Origin: Trypanosoma brucei
Lineage: Eukaryota
DNA length: 64,000 nt
Assembly (NCBI GenBank): GCA_000002445.1
Contig: CP000070.1
Location: forward strand, 2,141,234 to 2,205,233
Direction of reading: 5' to 3'
Of the stretch, positions 1-12,900 are shown in pieces. Each line of letters begins with the position of its first letter. Positions within the stretch are counted from its first letter, which is position 1. The position numbers were made by a program, and so were the translations under genes. The notes under the pieces are model-generated. The model worked only from the letters and a program-made list of their open reading frames with translations, was not told the origin of the DNA and searched no databases.

Positions 1-170
1 CTCCCCTTCACAATGTGACCCTTTTCATCACGAACAATCTTGGAAGTGTACATTTTCAATCGCTTGATCGTCCGCTGGTCTCGCAAACTTGTTTTCGTGG
101 GGTCCACACGGCGGTTAACATTCGTAGGTGCGAGGAGGCCTTTCCCGGCCTTTTTACCAGGCTTCCCCAT
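1..170 (-). CDS. Partial CDS (N-terminus only; continues past the window start): NOG2/NGP1-like nucleolar GTPase N-terminal domain
   Basis: The minus-strand ATG is at 170..168. Translation runs open to the window edge: MGKPGKKAGKGLLAPTNVNRRVDPTKTSLRDQRTIKRLKMYTSKIVRDEKGHIVKGE. The RDxxTIKRLxMY...KG.I motif is the hallmark of the Nog2/GNL2 N-terminal domain (from memory of the family; no search run). Confidence 0.45.
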   Translation of the reverse strand, partial: MGKPGKKAGKGLLAPTNVNRRVDPTKTSLRDQRTIKRLKMYTSKIVRDEKGHIVKG

Positions 171-469
171 TATCTACTCTACCTTCTCTGACAACTCTTT
201 TAAAAGAAGTAATGGGTGAGGGGACTTATTAGACACATCAACCAAACGCCTTTGTATCACTCCGCTGAGGGACAATGCAGTATATTTGTCGTGCGCTGCC
301 CAACAACGCAGCACGAAGGCTCATGCACTTTCCCCACGTATTATTGCACCGTCTGTTTAAAATTGGGGGATGATAAAATGAAAAAGAACACAGAGCTATT
401 AAAGGTGTGGAGTGAAGGACCCACTTTACTTTTCTTTTTTGCTTTCTCATCTCCCCTTTCCTTGTTCAT

Positions 470-1048
470 TTACCTCCTCACCGTTGGTTTGATAGCTTGG
501 TCAAGCCACGTATATCGACATGCAGCTTCATCAAGATCACTTGGACCGATTTCTACGAAATCCTCGAGTCCCATTATCTTGTGCACAAGTTCTGTATCTT
601 CCTCATTGCGAAGTTTGCAACTCAGACAAACACAAAGGAAATCGTGAAACCCCTTCATCTCATACTTTTCCGCCGCATTTATCGTTTGCAGATAATGCAT
701 GATGTTCAAGTCATTCATAAGGCGGGTAGTGAAAAATTCTCTCTCCCAGTCGTCCTTCAAAACATGCTGCACGTTACGATATATGCAGGGCCTAACTGTG
801 CTGCTCACTGCAACCCCATCCATGCCGTACTTAAGTGTCCACTGGGCAAGGCTCTCGAGAACCGCTTCCGGATAATCAAATTCAATATCTTCCTCTTCGC
901 TTGATTTCTCAATAAATTTTAGCCGGTTAAGGTGATCCTTTGATACCTCCGCGTACTTTCCGTCGCTACAGTGCACAACCGCGTAAAGGGACCTGTCAAC
1001 ATTTGCGGTGTTGTAAACGACACGAATGCCGTGTGTGGAAAAAACCAT
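470..1048 (-). CDS. Skp1-family (BTB/POZ-fold) protein, 192 aa
   Basis: Intact ORF with a true ATG at 1048. An SDG..AEV block (VVHCSDGKYAEVSKD) and a DDWEREFF..L..LN...YL.I motif align to the Skp1 dimerisation core (human SKP1 SSDGEIFEVD and [30 protein letters not shown]). The C-terminal tail diverges from canonical Skp1. Confidence 0.5.
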   Translation of the reverse strand: MVFSTHGIRVVYNTANVDRSLYAVVHCSDGKYAEVSKDHLNRLKFIEKSSEEEDIEFDYPEAVLESLAQWTLKYGMDGVAVSSTVRPCIYRNVQHVLKDDWEREFFTTRLMNDLNIMHYLQTINAAEKYEMKGFHDFLCVCLSCKLRNEEDTELVHKIMGLEDFVEIGPSDLDEAACRYTWLDQAIKPTVRR

Positions 1049-2903
1049 AACTTGATTTCGCCGCGGTGATATATATTTATATGTGTTAGTGGCTCAGTAT
1101 CTTAGACAGAAATGTGAACAAACAAGCGACAAGAATGGGAGTACGCTAAAGTACATGTGTGTGTGTGTGGGGGGGGGGGAGGAGGTTTCGTCGTGGCCAT
1201 ATAACATGATAGTCCACGAAGAGCAATAATAATAATGACAACAACAGCACACCAGCAACTTTAATGAATAAAAAAATATTGATATTATCACACGGAGCCC
1301 TCTTCCAGAATACTAAATTAACACAGCTCACCGCCACGAAAGCAACATAATTAGTTTTCAATAATATTTCAAAAAAAAAAAAGTAAAAAAGAACGACAAA
1401 GGACGGTAAAATAATTGCAGTCGTGTCCAATTCGATAAACTCAGTAAAACGGACGCTGGAAACCGTCAGTCATCGGGGAAAGGTTCATCCTTACGTTCAA
1501 ATTCGCACATGCGTCGTGATAAATACCGACGACGAAACACAAACAATGGCCCAACAAACAGGAAAACAGCTCCCAAAGCATAAGGGGGCACATACACATA
1601 TTACCACAAGGTGGCGACGGCATGAACTGACCAAGTTTTACCCCTGCTAAAAAAATCAACTTCTTACACGAGCGGCTGCCACAATAAAGAAGGAGAGCGG
1701 CCAGCGAACTCATCCGCTCCACAAACAAACTAGATCAGAGACCATCATAATAATGCCAGTAAAGAAAGCAATGCAACAAACCCCACGGCAATGACGGAAA
1801 GGAAAGTATAAACTGTCGGGCATTAAAAAAAAAAAAGAGGATGGAACGCAGTGGAACCTGCGCCGTAACAACGGGACACGTCCATAATCAAAGCAATGCA
1901 AACAATAAACAAAGGGATAAACGTGTAGACGGAAATAAAATTAGTTCCACTTAGCAGATTTGGGGCATTACCATTGCACTCAGTGATCTCACCGATCTTT
2001 CCACATGAAGCATAAGCCTCACCCCAAACCCACCCGACACCATGACAAAACGTAAGCGAATCAACCTCTTTGTGTGGTTTGGAGGCAAGCGCGGTGTGCT
2101 AAGTAACAAAGCCTGGGTGCGAACATCTTTCTACCCATCTCCCCACTAAACGACAGGGAAGTCTGTAGAGAGGTTAACACACAAAAAGGTCTGCTGCTTG
2201 CAGATGCACATCTGTGGAGAACACAGTTGCATGTGTCGTTTGTCCATAGATAGCTAAGGTACGAATACAGTAACATAAAAACGATATGGTGCAAAGCGTT
2301 CCTCTGCACTGCATACATCCCCTGCCTTTCCATGGATTCAACAGAGGCTTCCCCCGGGGTGCGGCAAGTCTCAGGTTGTGTCCACCCCGTGTGCGTATCA
2401 GGCGTGCGTCTGCTTCCGTTGAAGCATTACGCATCTTGCACGCACCATCGACCGCCTGGCAGCGATCGGCTACAGCCTCGTAAAGTCTTCCATAGCTTCT
2501 TGACTGGGCTGCTCCGGCTACCCTGTCAGCAGCCCGTCGCCGACGTGCCTGCTTTTAGCCCACTTTACATCACAACCGGAGGACGCCCTATACCCGTTGC
2601 GGGACCCTTCACGTGCTTCGGGTTGCTGTGCACAGCCGAGGCCCGCGCGAAGAATTATTTCCCGCGAGCTGTGTACTTATGCCGTCGCTTCCCGCATTTG
2701 CTTCTTTCTCCTGTTCTACTCCGGGGCATTACCCGCGCACACCGCTTGGGTGCCATAGCTGGGTCCTGTCTTCACGCAGCACCGTCACCAAACCGGTGGC
2801 GTAACTGCACCGTCAACGTTCGCACACATTTAACGTATTCTTTATATTCTATCTAGCTCCATCCCGCCCCACGTGGAGTCGCGGAGCCACTTTCTCATTT
2901 AGA

Positions 2904-2930
2904 CCCCCCCCCCCCCCCCCACACACACAC
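2904..2930. repeat. C17 homopolymer followed by (AC)5
   Basis: Direct reading of the sequence: 17 C from 2904 to 2920, then acacacacac. Confidence 0.9.
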
Positions 2931-5900
2931 ATCTAAACTCACTTCATGCTGAACTGAGTCTCCGAGTCGCCCAACCAACCTTTCCCACTCTTCCCTTTAG
3001 CAATAACTGGCCACACAGCCGGACTTTTGCATGCATATCTGTCCTCACCGACCGCGGCATCGGGGGCGTCTGTCAGTCCGGGTCCCCTCACAAACCTGCA
3101 TCTCCGTGGGCTCAGCTTCCGATCGGTCGCGGCGCCCCAGACAACAGGGTCCGTGATGCGGAAGCCGCAACACGAACTCCCATCACTTCCATTAAGGAAC
3201 GCAAGCTAAGTGACTTTGCTGAAAGAGGCTTTCCCGCTCCAGACGTCGGTGAAGCCTTTCGAGTTAACGTGGCGTCCGGCTCCGTTATCCCTTTGAGGGT
3301 GAGGCCAGGCGTCGGCATGCATCCTGGTTTGTGAGGGCTGGGGAGGGCGAGAGGCCGTCGGGGAACGTGCGGGTGGCAAAGCCGTTGGTTCTCCAACGCG
3401 AAAAAGGGTCGTCCGTTTGGGTCCCTGAACACACTGGGCCGCCCCCACTGGTATCCGCTGTGCGATGCCGATATTGAGCCGGTGTGTCAAACGAATCCCT
3501 ACTTGTGTTTTACGTGGGTCACAAGGGAACTTTGGTGTGTGTGCGTGTGGTTCTCCCAGCCGAAAAGAATCGCGTTAGCGAGGCGTCCCCATGCGAAGAA
3601 ATGCAGTATCCACATCTCCCCGGGGACACCTCCGCACAGACGAAACGGAACACAAAATAATACAAGGATGCCGGCAGATTGGGGAACCGTGGTGTTTCGA
3701 GAAAAAAATGCACCTTCGAGGGATCACAGAAGTGTGCAGAACAGCAAAAGTTTTTCTCTGGGGAATGAAAGAGCAGCAACCAAACCAACATTCGGAGAGG
3801 AACGGAAAGCCGCGCTTGCGTCCACATCTTACTGGAGACAACCTGCAAGACCACTCGCTGAAAGGAAGCGTGCAAGAAACAACCTAAGGATATGCAGAAA
3901 GGTAATCAAATGCCAATGCGACAGGGGCGGGGACTTGAACACCCCGCAGATCACGCGGAGCACGGTTTTGGAATAGGGTTTGCAGGGTATGAGGGATAAA
4001 CGTTGCGGGCGATTGGAGGAATAGTGGTCACTTATAGGGCGAGGGATTCACAATGCGAGTGAAGCAATTCCCCCAGCTGTTGGAGGAGCTAGAACAAGTG
4101 GGTGGGAAGACAGTTTAAACACTAAACCCCTTGAAGAGCTGGAGAAGAATATACAGAAGGCACTGGCCGAGGCGCAGAGTAGAACACGATACATATTCCG
4201 ATAGTACGATAACTTGTGCGTTCATATTCAGGGAAACACCCAACACACTAGGAATAAACACCAGGAGATGGTTGCAATGAAAGTAGGTATAGATGATGAA
4301 GCGCTCCTGGTAGCAAAGGCGTCTCTGAACATCCTCCAAATCCCCCGCTGCACGACAGAATGTACGGGACAAAGTGCCGTCGCTAAGCATATGCAGCGCG
4401 AGAAAGAACAGAAAATGAAAAACAAGACAGCGCATCACTCTGGGGATAGAGCGCTAGAAATCTTCATAGAATTTGTTGGAATTGTTAAGTCCTGAAAGCA
4501 CCGCGTAAAGAACATGATGCAGGGAACGCTTTGGAAGGCGAATTGCCATCTCACAGACACCCAACTCGTTTCCTATGCAAATTTTTCGGGCCAAAGTATT
4601 TAGGGCAAAGAAAAAAAAAGGAAACGCCGCATCCTCTTCCCGACGAATGCACGAATCCAGAGAGGGAGTGGGAGTCAAACGCCTCTGTTTTGCCAAGTTT
4701 ATTCCTCCTTCACCTCACGATATGCCTGCGTATGGGGTGCGGCAGTGTCGCTGCAATGGATTGGCAGGTGCCGAACGCAACCTTGCGTCTTGGCCCCCGG
4801 GTGCCATCTGCAGGACGGTAAAGGCACCGCTTCCACAGACCTTGGCTGCTGCCGCGTGTGGTTGCTATGAGCGCTGTTCCGGCAATCGCCCTCTTCAGGT
4901 GGAAAGGGCGTCAGCCTGCAGATTTCCTCCATACGGAATGAAAGACGCCGACGACACTTACACGAGAACGACCTTGTCGGTGGAGGTCACGATTCCCGAA
5001 GGTTTTACCAGGTGTTTTCCTTCCAACCTGCCGCTACCTCAGTTGCGGGTGTTTCCAACGTCGGCAGACGCGCCTTTGTGAAAGACACGGGCTAGAAACC
5101 GGCGAAAAGTTATGGGGTTTGGAGAAAGAGCCAGTGAATGGTTGACGGAAGTTCCACGGATGTATTCCGGCTCAATCGCATTCCCCACAGTTACGACATT
5201 GAGGCGCCAGCGGGTCAAGCGGGTACCTGGAGAAAATGGCAGCAGAGAGGTCATCGAGACCGCACACCCGAGTAGGCACCCACCTGCAGTTCTTTAAGTA
5301 CACCACAAGGCCTTCATATACGAGCAGCAGGGGCAGCGGCGAAAGGGGAAATCTGTCACAGCCGTCGCCATGGAATCAGCGTCACATACTTCGCAAACTA
5401 ATGAGGGAACCCGCCAATGCACGGACAAAAAGCATGACTTCCGTTAACAGCGGGAAATGCAAGCAGCCGCTGCTCGCAACGCCCCTTCAGATTACTACGG
5501 AGGAGGGCTTTAAGAACAGAAGAAGGGGGAAAAAAAAACAGGTTTGGGGATGCGAGTGACACCAATGAAAGGTGTTAACGTGTCTAGAAACCGCGGTGCT
5601 TCAAAAATCGGTTGTTGTTTGAATGTAGTGCAAAGCGATATAAGGCAATGGTAGATCTAGCGATAGCCAAAAAACAGCGGCAGCTGCAAATTAATAAAAC
5701 CCTGATATGGAGGTTCCGTTTTGGATGTAAGGAAGAATTACTGAAATTAAATGTACTCATAACCAGATTTATACAAAAAAAATATGAAGAGGTAGGTTAA
5801 ATGGTAACACCAACGAAAAATAAAAAAAGACCAAACAATGCACTACAAAGTGAGAAAAACATCGTTTACGCTTACCGTACAGAAGGCAATTTCACGGCCC

Positions 5901-6272
5901 TTAAGAATAAAAAAAAACCTAACACACTAGGGTTAACATCTTAGAAAAACATCACGCCGCATACACCTGACAGAAGGTTGTTTACTTTGCGCGATAGCAA
6001 GCAAGAACCTACTAAATCGTATGGGTGAAGGGGTGTGTTGAAATCCAACTCCCCCCCCAGCTACATTCAGCAAGCGACGTAACTGCAACAAGTAAAGATG
6101 CATATCTTGCGCCGAACCAATTGGGATGTATACTGCCAATGGGCTTAAGGAAACTCTTCACATTAAAAGTAAAATACCTACGAAACATACCATACATCTT
6201 TCACAACATCCCATGGCCTTATAAGCCTTAGAAGCCACGATCTATCTGTGATTAACTTCTTTTGATCCTAAT

Positions 6273-9200
6273 CTAAAAATCACCCAGCTCCCCCACGTGA
6301 TTGGAAATGATAAGCACCGACCCACTTGACAGGGTGCTCGATGAGTGCTCGCTCTCGACGACAGCGTGGTAATCCACAACGTGCCCAACCTTCATTGCAA
6401 TGCGACGCACAACCTCCTCACAGTAGCTGTCGTCCCACGCGGATGCACTTTTCTTGGGCAACGGCACCCGCCAACGTTCGCAGAAAGGCATCAAAGTTCC
6501 CTGGCGTTGCGCTTGTGTGAAGACGCCCATCAGTGACTGCAAAGAAACCGCAATCGCCTGCGCAGTCTCACTTAACTCGGCGAGTGTTGAGCTGTAATCA
6601 CTCGTGGAGGCTGCCGTGCCCTCTCCAAAGATATCAAGCACATCCAGCACCCGGTCCAGGCGCAGCTCGGCGAATGAGCGACCGGGCACGGCATTCAGCT
6701 GGTACACTTCCACAGGCTCTGACACACCACGTAGCGGCACACCACCTAACGGCGTCACGTCAAATTGGCTCCGTTCTTCAGTACTCAGTGAATGGTACGT
6801 CTCACACGTCATCAGCACCTGACCACCGTTACCAACACTCTCTGTCCTTGCTGCCGTGTTCGCCGTCTGCCCATAGTAGTCGTAACCCTTCGTCACTTCA
6901 TCGTAGCGGATGTCGCACAATCCAGTATGAATCCCTACACGTACACGCAACCCATTCCACAGTTGCCGATAAACCTCAGGGTCCAGGCGCGCAGTTGGCG
7001 GCTTGTACTTTCCATCACCCTCCTCCGCGTGCCGCTCCTCAAACTCACGGTAAAATTCGTCGAACACTGTCGTGCCCCAGTCATGATGCAAGAAACGCCG
7101 CTGGAGTTCCTGTGCGAGGTGGACGGCGGCGAATGGACTTTTACATGCAATCATAAAAGAGTCTCCAACAGTTTTCACTTCGTAGCAGTCATAATTCTCG
7201 ATCAGTGAGCGAACCATACTGTGATGTGTCGCAACGGCATCGGGCATCAGCTCAGGTTGTGTCGCCCACTGTGCAGTACTGCTCTCGATGTCAGTGAATA
7301 TTAATGTCACGGGGTCTGCCAATTCTTTTGGGGCGTTGTCGTTATCACGCTTGTTGCGCATAATGCAGCACAGAAAAACGGTAAGGCCTACTGCCAGTAT
7401 CAGCACAAGCAAACCGGCACCAACCACACCAGCAAGTTGTGCGGGGGTGAGGGCATTGTTGTTAGGGACGGTGTACACCATCGAAGGTGACATCGGATCT
7501 TGCAGCACTGGTTCATCCGACCGTAGCGCTCGTGCCATTGACCACACACTAATATCCGTTGCACCGAAGTTTGACAAACTCTCTTCCGCAGTGGCCACAC
7601 CCTCAGCGTCTTTGTAAGCGCCATATTGCATATCGTCGACAGTAATAAAAGTTTCGTTGAAAAAGAGGCCGGACAACAGGTCAGACGTCGCTAAGTCCAT
7701 GCGCTGAAGGTTTCTCTGCATCAGTCTACCCGTGGCGAAACCCAGCAGCGACAGCGGCGTCCACTTTTCCACCTCACGTACCGCCTCGTGGAACCGTCGC
7801 ACAGTCTCCGATGTCGTGTTGACATCTGCCCAGTGCGGTAAACTCGTTGCGAACAAAAGGTGCTTGGCGCCATCACTATTGTTGAAGGCTTGCACAAACT
7901 CATTGTACAGCAGTGCAATGTCAGAGAACTGGACAAGTACGCGCGCCTTGGTGTGGATACGTAGGTGCTCTTCAATTACCACAATGTCATCAACAGCGAG
8001 TCCAATGATAAAAGTGCTACCACTTTTCGGAAGATGCTCTCCAACAGAGTCCCCTGGAGTCAATACAACGGTAGAGCTGAGGTTCAAGCCAAATGTGAAC
8101 AGTGTTTTCTTCAACACATTTTTGACCATCGGCGCCTGCTCACACCTAATAATGCAACTGACAGCACCAACGTGAATGTTGGAGAGGTAATTGACAAGCA
8201 CGTATAGTTGCTGCTCTAGTGTCGGGGACAAGTGGATCACATTCCTGCTGAAACTGTTCAGATGAGGGGTTGGCGTTATAGGGTCAATGAATGTTAAGTC
8301 CCTCAGTCCCAGTGTTGCTTCCGTCACGACACCAAATATAGCACTCACCGCACGATTCTGCCGCTGTGCATCGACATCCCCAGGAGCATTCTGCATATCT
8401 GTGGCAATCTTCTGAAGGAAAAATCTGTTCATATCACCAACTCTTCCAGTTGAGGCTACCGCAGATGCACCCTTGTTAAACTGATCGGTTGCCCTTTCCA
8501 GCTCCGGGTGGTCCTCAACGCTAACGAGCACGCCACTGAGCGGCGGCTGCAGGATTGCGGGGTCACTATTACACTCCAGCGGGGATTGCACAGTGTAGCC
8601 ACCAAGAACTGGCCGTAGTCGGTAATCCTCAGCGACCTCCTTCATGTACACCTTCCTCCCACCATGGTTGCAGTGACAGATAGCCCCACTCCCGACAGCC
8701 CTCTCGCTGCACTCACCTCCAAAATCACCGATCACGATGTCATCAATCACGTAACGGCGTTGCTCGTACAGCGACTCAAGGAAGGCTGTGCCGTTGTTCA
8801 TCCAGCCATGACTACGCAGTGCCCGCGCCAATACCTCCCCAGCAATCCAGCCATTAACCATCAGCTCCCCATCCGCGTCATTCTTTAGAAAGTGATCTGC
8901 ATCATTGAAGCCACTCCACTCCTTGTATTCAGTCAAATAGTTCCTCATTTCAGTTTGAAAGCGCTTGATCGCTGCGAAGAAGCCGTCTACGGCAAGCGGG
9001 TTAGTGCCTGTCTGAATGACACGACGTGGAACAAACGGAGCATTCGCTTCTTCTAATGCCTCCTTCCATACTGATGCGATTGACTTCTGCATTAGTGAGG
9101 GAGCTAGGAGGAACGCATCCGCGGTACGCGGGTCAGCCACAAGCTTCTTGATAAACTTCTCGGTTTCTTCTTTCATGGTGGTGAGGAGAATGACAGCCTG

Positions 9201-9890
9201 TGGACGGTTCGCCGCGAATTCTTTCCATGCCGCCTCAAACTCCGCCGCTGAAATGCCCTGGTCGCCTTCATGGCTCTGAACAGTGAATGCACAACACGGT
9301 TCATATCCCAAGCGTGACAAAAAAAAAACAGCCTTCTCATATGTCGCACTACCCCCCATCGAACCCTCAAGATACATAAAGCCCAACCGGAGGACACGCA
9401 GGTAATTCACAGCATAGCGGATGAGGGCTATGAGTTCACCAGTCAGCTCCGGTCGAAGGAAATAAAGATTGGGGCGGTATGCCTCAAAACCAGCAGCGCC
9501 AGTCATAGGGGCGAAGCCGACAAGAGTGTGTTCCTCCAGCGTATCATACGAAGAAGAAGTGCTTTCCTCGCCCATGGGACCCAGCACAACCAGAAGGTTA
9601 TTGTCATCTTCCAGGCCTCTTAAGTATTCCTTCAAGTACTCGTGTGCGGGGGTGTTGTAGGATGGGGGCCGTACCACCGAAACATCGACACCAGGGGCCA
9701 TCACCCAACCTCGCGCGGCCAGGGATGCGTTAAAACCGGCATTGACAGCGTTAATATACTCCACAGGCCAGTTTTTACTGTACAACAGGGACAGAACCGT
9801 CACGGTTACTTGTACACCCCCGGCTTCCCTCGTCGGCGGCGATGCGGCACATGCTGACAGTAAAAACAACAGCAAGGCTGGTGCTTTCAT
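6273..9890 (-). CDS. GRESAG4: Receptor-type adenylate cyclase, ESAG4-like (GRESAG4), 1205 aa
   Basis: True ATG (MKAPALLLFLLSACAAS, signal peptide). A large extracellular periplasmic-binding-protein-like region is followed by a single TM segment (LAGVVGAGLLVLILAVGLTVFLCCI). The class III cyclase catalytic domain carries the motifs FTDIESSTAQWA, KTVGDSFMIA, GIHTGLCDIRYDEV and YYGQTANTAARTES. It is about 85-90% identical to the two plus-strand copies across the catalytic domain. Confidence 0.9.
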   Translation of the reverse strand: MKAPALLLFLLSACAASPPTREAGGVQVTVTVLSLLYSKNWPVEYINAVNAGFNASLAARGWVMAPGVDVSVVRPPSYNTPAHEYLKEYLRGLEDDNNLLVVLGPMGEESTSSSYDTLEEHTLVGFAPMTGAAGFEAYRPNLYFLRPELTGELIALIRYAVNYLRVLRLGFMYLEGSMGGSATYEKAVFFLSRLGYEPCCAFTVQSHEGDQGISAAEFEAAWKEFAANRPQAVILLTTMKEETEKFIKKLVADPRTADAFLLAPSLMQKSIASVWKEALEEANAPFVPRRVIQTGTNPLAVDGFFAAIKRFQTEMRNYLTEYKEWSGFNDADHFLKNDADGELMVNGWIAGEVLARALRSHGWMNNGTAFLESLYEQRRYVIDDIVIGDFGGECSERAVGSGAICHCNHGGRKVYMKEVAEDYRLRPVLGGYTVQSPLECNSDPAILQPPLSGVLVSVEDHPELERATDQFNKGASAVASTGRVGDMNRFFLQKIATDMQNAPGDVDAQRQNRAVSAIFGVVTEATLGLRDLTFIDPITPTPHLNSFSRNVIHLSPTLEQQLYVLVNYLSNIHVGAVSCIIRCEQAPMVKNVLKKTLFTFGLNLSSTVVLTPGDSVGEHLPKSGSTFIIGLAVDDIVVIEEHLRIHTKARVLVQFSDIALLYNEFVQAFNNSDGAKHLLFATSLPHWADVNTTSETVRRFHEAVREVEKWTPLSLLGFATGRLMQRNLQRMDLATSDLLSGLFFNETFITVDDMQYGAYKDAEGVATAEESLSNFGATDISVWSMARALRSDEPVLQDPMSPSMVYTVPNNNALTPAQLAGVVGAGLLVLILAVGLTVFLCCIMRNKRDNDNAPKELADPVTLIFTDIESSTAQWATQPELMPDAVATHHSMVRSLIENYDCYEVKTVGDSFMIACKSPFAAVHLAQELQRRFLHHDWGTTVFDEFYREFEERHAEEGDGKYKPPTARLDPEVYRQLWNGLRVRVGIHTGLCDIRYDEVTKGYDYYGQTANTAARTESVGNGGQVLMTCETYHSLSTEERSQFDVTPLGGVPLRGVSEPVEVYQLNAVPGRSFAELRLDRVLDVLDIFGEGTAASTSDYSSTLAELSETAQAIAVSLQSLMGVFTQAQRQGTLMPFCERWRVPLPKKSASAWDDSYCEEVVRRIAMKVGHVVDYHAVVESEHSSSTLSSGSVLIISNHVGELGDF

Positions 9891-9951
9891 GGCGGAAGGA
9901 TTTATCCAGTTGCAGTCACCAGGGAACTGTTTCCCGGATCAGGAGACTTTG

Positions 9952-9978
9952 ATATATATATATATATATATGTGTGTG
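9952..9978. repeat. (AT)n followed by (GT)4 microsatellite, just upstream of the minus-strand GRESAG4 start
   Basis: Direct reading. Similar (TA)n or (AT)n runs occur near 26877 and 30853, and (GT)n or (TG)n runs near 25265, 26500 and 34376. Confidence 0.85.
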
Positions 9979-12900
9979 TCGTTGCAGTGTCTTGTAGCGG
10001 TAACCCCGTCAACGCGCGGTGGCAGCTAAAGGGGGTTGTATAGCTCGAAACTGTTATGGCCTAAAAGACAGAGAGGAAAACAAACTGTTAATAGTAATTT
10101 ATGACAGGAGGTAGTGAGAGTCATGCAACGCGACAGGGCTTTCTGGACTGCAATAGCTGTGCTCAAACATGTGGGGCCCGTCGCGACGAAGGGTGTACAC
10201 GTATAGAAAACTGTACAGAAGCAAAGAAATACTAAACATCCCCAGCATCATTTCAGGTCGGGCCCCGAGGGAGAGGGCAGACGACTGACATAAACTCCCT
10301 CTTCACGTCACGCGAAGCACGTCGACAGGCAAGTGTTTCGGGGTTTACTAAGGACGCATGCCTCCTCCTTCATGTAGTGAGGGAGTTTGGGCAACCACTT
10401 CCAATGCACACAACATTTATATAACCACGGCGATGCACGTGATAGTTGCTTCCCAACGACAGTAAACTTCGTGTGTAGGAAAGGAAAGTAAAAAATGTGA
10501 AAAACTACCATCTAGCAGAAACTCCCTTGAAACATAGAAGTATCGAATAAAACAGTATTTACTCACCGCTGACGTAGCATCAGTACACCGTTGGCAATCA
10601 GCTCAACTGCACGAGCTTTACAGCCTTCACACGAACTACCAAGTAGCATTTCCTACAAGCATGTCCCCCCTCTTCCATAAACTACTACTAAGCTAAACAC
10701 ACCGCGTCCTCATAGGTATTATACCTAAAGAATTTGGCATGTGCGAAAAAGTGTTCACACGCAGTGGTCAGCTTTGTCTACTGGTGGTGTCAATCAACAT
10801 AGCTGGTGATGTGTTTTTCAATGTCTTCAGCGTGCTTTACGAACTGGGTAATATGCTTCAAACGTAACCTCTGCACGCCTACGCGTGACATGACTAGAAC
10901 AAAGTGTGCTCCTTTGCATCAAAAAAAACAAAAATAATAATAATAATCACTTCCATCCACCCACCTTTGTGATATGTACAGGGTATGAAAACGGCGCCCC
11001 TGACACACAAATCGCACTTCAACTCTCTGAACAAAAAACACAGCCCTACACCGAAACTCATCAGTTAACATCACTTCGGTAAGCTGATGGCGAGTATTAT
11101 CTGTCTGAATAGAAGGTTGGACTTCAAATACGGTACGTTTGTCTGGGCACAAACCTGTCTCATCTCCCAAAAAATCCACAGAATATGCCATGGGGCAAGC
11201 AGCGGTGTGCCAACGGAAAGCAAAGCATGAAAATAAAAGGTGACGTAAAGGCAACTACCGCACGGCAAACATGTGGCATATAATCTGGTACCTGAGTGAC
11301 TCTCCGTGCTGTTAAATCAGAGGGTATATGTGCAGTGACTGTGACACCATCTGTCCACACTAATGACAAGGGCAAAAAATATGGCACCCTCCGCGCAACA
11401 ACAGGACAGTGCTCCCACAGACTCACTTCTCGCAGAGCAGACTCACTTATAGTACAAATGAAAGGCGGTAAACGCCACCTTTCCCGCACATTTTTTTGTG
11501 CATCCTGTTCATAGCACAACTAACCCCTAACTTTTGATTGTGAGCCGTCAATACCACTGGGTCACCCGTGCCAGAATGTCCACACCGCCGTCCTCATCCC
11601 GAACGTCGGTGAAGGTAAGAATATATCGCCTGAAGGTCCACACTTACTAGAGGGGGATGAAGCTACTCCCTCATCGCTTAGATGAAGCTGCGTCGTAGAA
11701 CTGGCAAGTTCCGTGTCCCCACCGTTTCGTGTGTGCACGATCCGCACCACTTTGCTTCAACATCGTTCTTTCTGCCACACAATAACTTGTAAAGTAACGT
11801 TGTGTACTCTCGCGAATACGAAAACAGTAAACGTACAAGGTCCGTTAAGATTACAAAAATGCCTCGCCACTTCGCCGCCCCTTCCCATTCCAACGTGAAC
11901 CGCGTACCTGATGGCGCACTGGGGTGTAAAGAAAGCAGACGTGCACTCCAAACCTTTTCAGTTTCGTCGGCGATGTAAGGGCACTTTCCGTTCACATCGC
12001 TACGCATCACATTGTTAACATTTCAACCTCACCTAGCAACGATGGCATTGTATAACCGATGAATGCCAAAAGCACAAATTAAGGGGCGAGTGGTTGCACT
12101 CTTCACAGCATCCCCAGACAGACAATGAGGGAAGGATATGCTGGAATCTCTGGCATTACCAGCTTTGTCTGTCATGGCAGTTACGTGTTTACTTCACCGC
12201 CACGCAACCCGACGTACAGATGGTGAAGTTCGATAACAAGCGCTACGACGATGATGCTGTCACGACCAGATGCGGCTCCGGATCCTTTCCACGTGTTCAG
12301 TGTGTATGGCTTAACTACCTTTAAGAAACCCGAGCCAGCTATTTATTAGAGCCCGTCCTCATAAATTATAATACCTTCGGATCCAACCACCAAAGCCTCT
12401 TCCTCTTGTCCAATCGTGAACCGTAACGAACAAATACACATCCACCAAACGTGGTACATCATATCCTGGATAGCAGGTGCTACCTTCATACGACGCGTAC
12501 TGCTTCACTAAACGTTTTGCAACTCTGTGCGCTACTACCTCGCCGACGTTGTCCCCGTTACGAATCCGGAAGCTAACACAAGACACTAACCTTTGTGCAT
12601 CCATTTCCCTTCCCGTTTCCATTGGGGTGTTTACCGTTCCTGTCTCAATATACGCTGGAATTATTTTTGTTATGCACATTACGAGCTTTTCGAGTAGCTG
12701 ATAAGTTGTCGTCCGTATCACACTCTTCAAAGTTGCGCCGCTCTCTCACAACGCATCCAAGCTCCTCATATACGTGCGCAAAGGGGCGTGAAGAGGCTGA
12801 ATCAAACCACACGGGAGTCGCTTTCCAAAGTGCAATTTGTCTCTTTCAAAAAACCACAACACGGATGTCGCAACTGTGGTTCCCCTTGTGTTTTTTTTAC

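Noticed and set aside
216-904. Plus-strand ORFs of 143, 135 and 60 aa
   Set aside because: They overlap the better-supported Skp1-like gene on the opposite strand, and they are antisense to the local direction of transcription.
6533-7156. 207-aa plus-strand ORF, with similar 162-aa ORFs at 41944..42432 and 49332..49820
   Set aside because: They lie antisense to the conserved cyclase catalytic domains. They are open and mutually similar only because the sense strand is conserved. The translations are low-complexity (H/S/P/A-rich).
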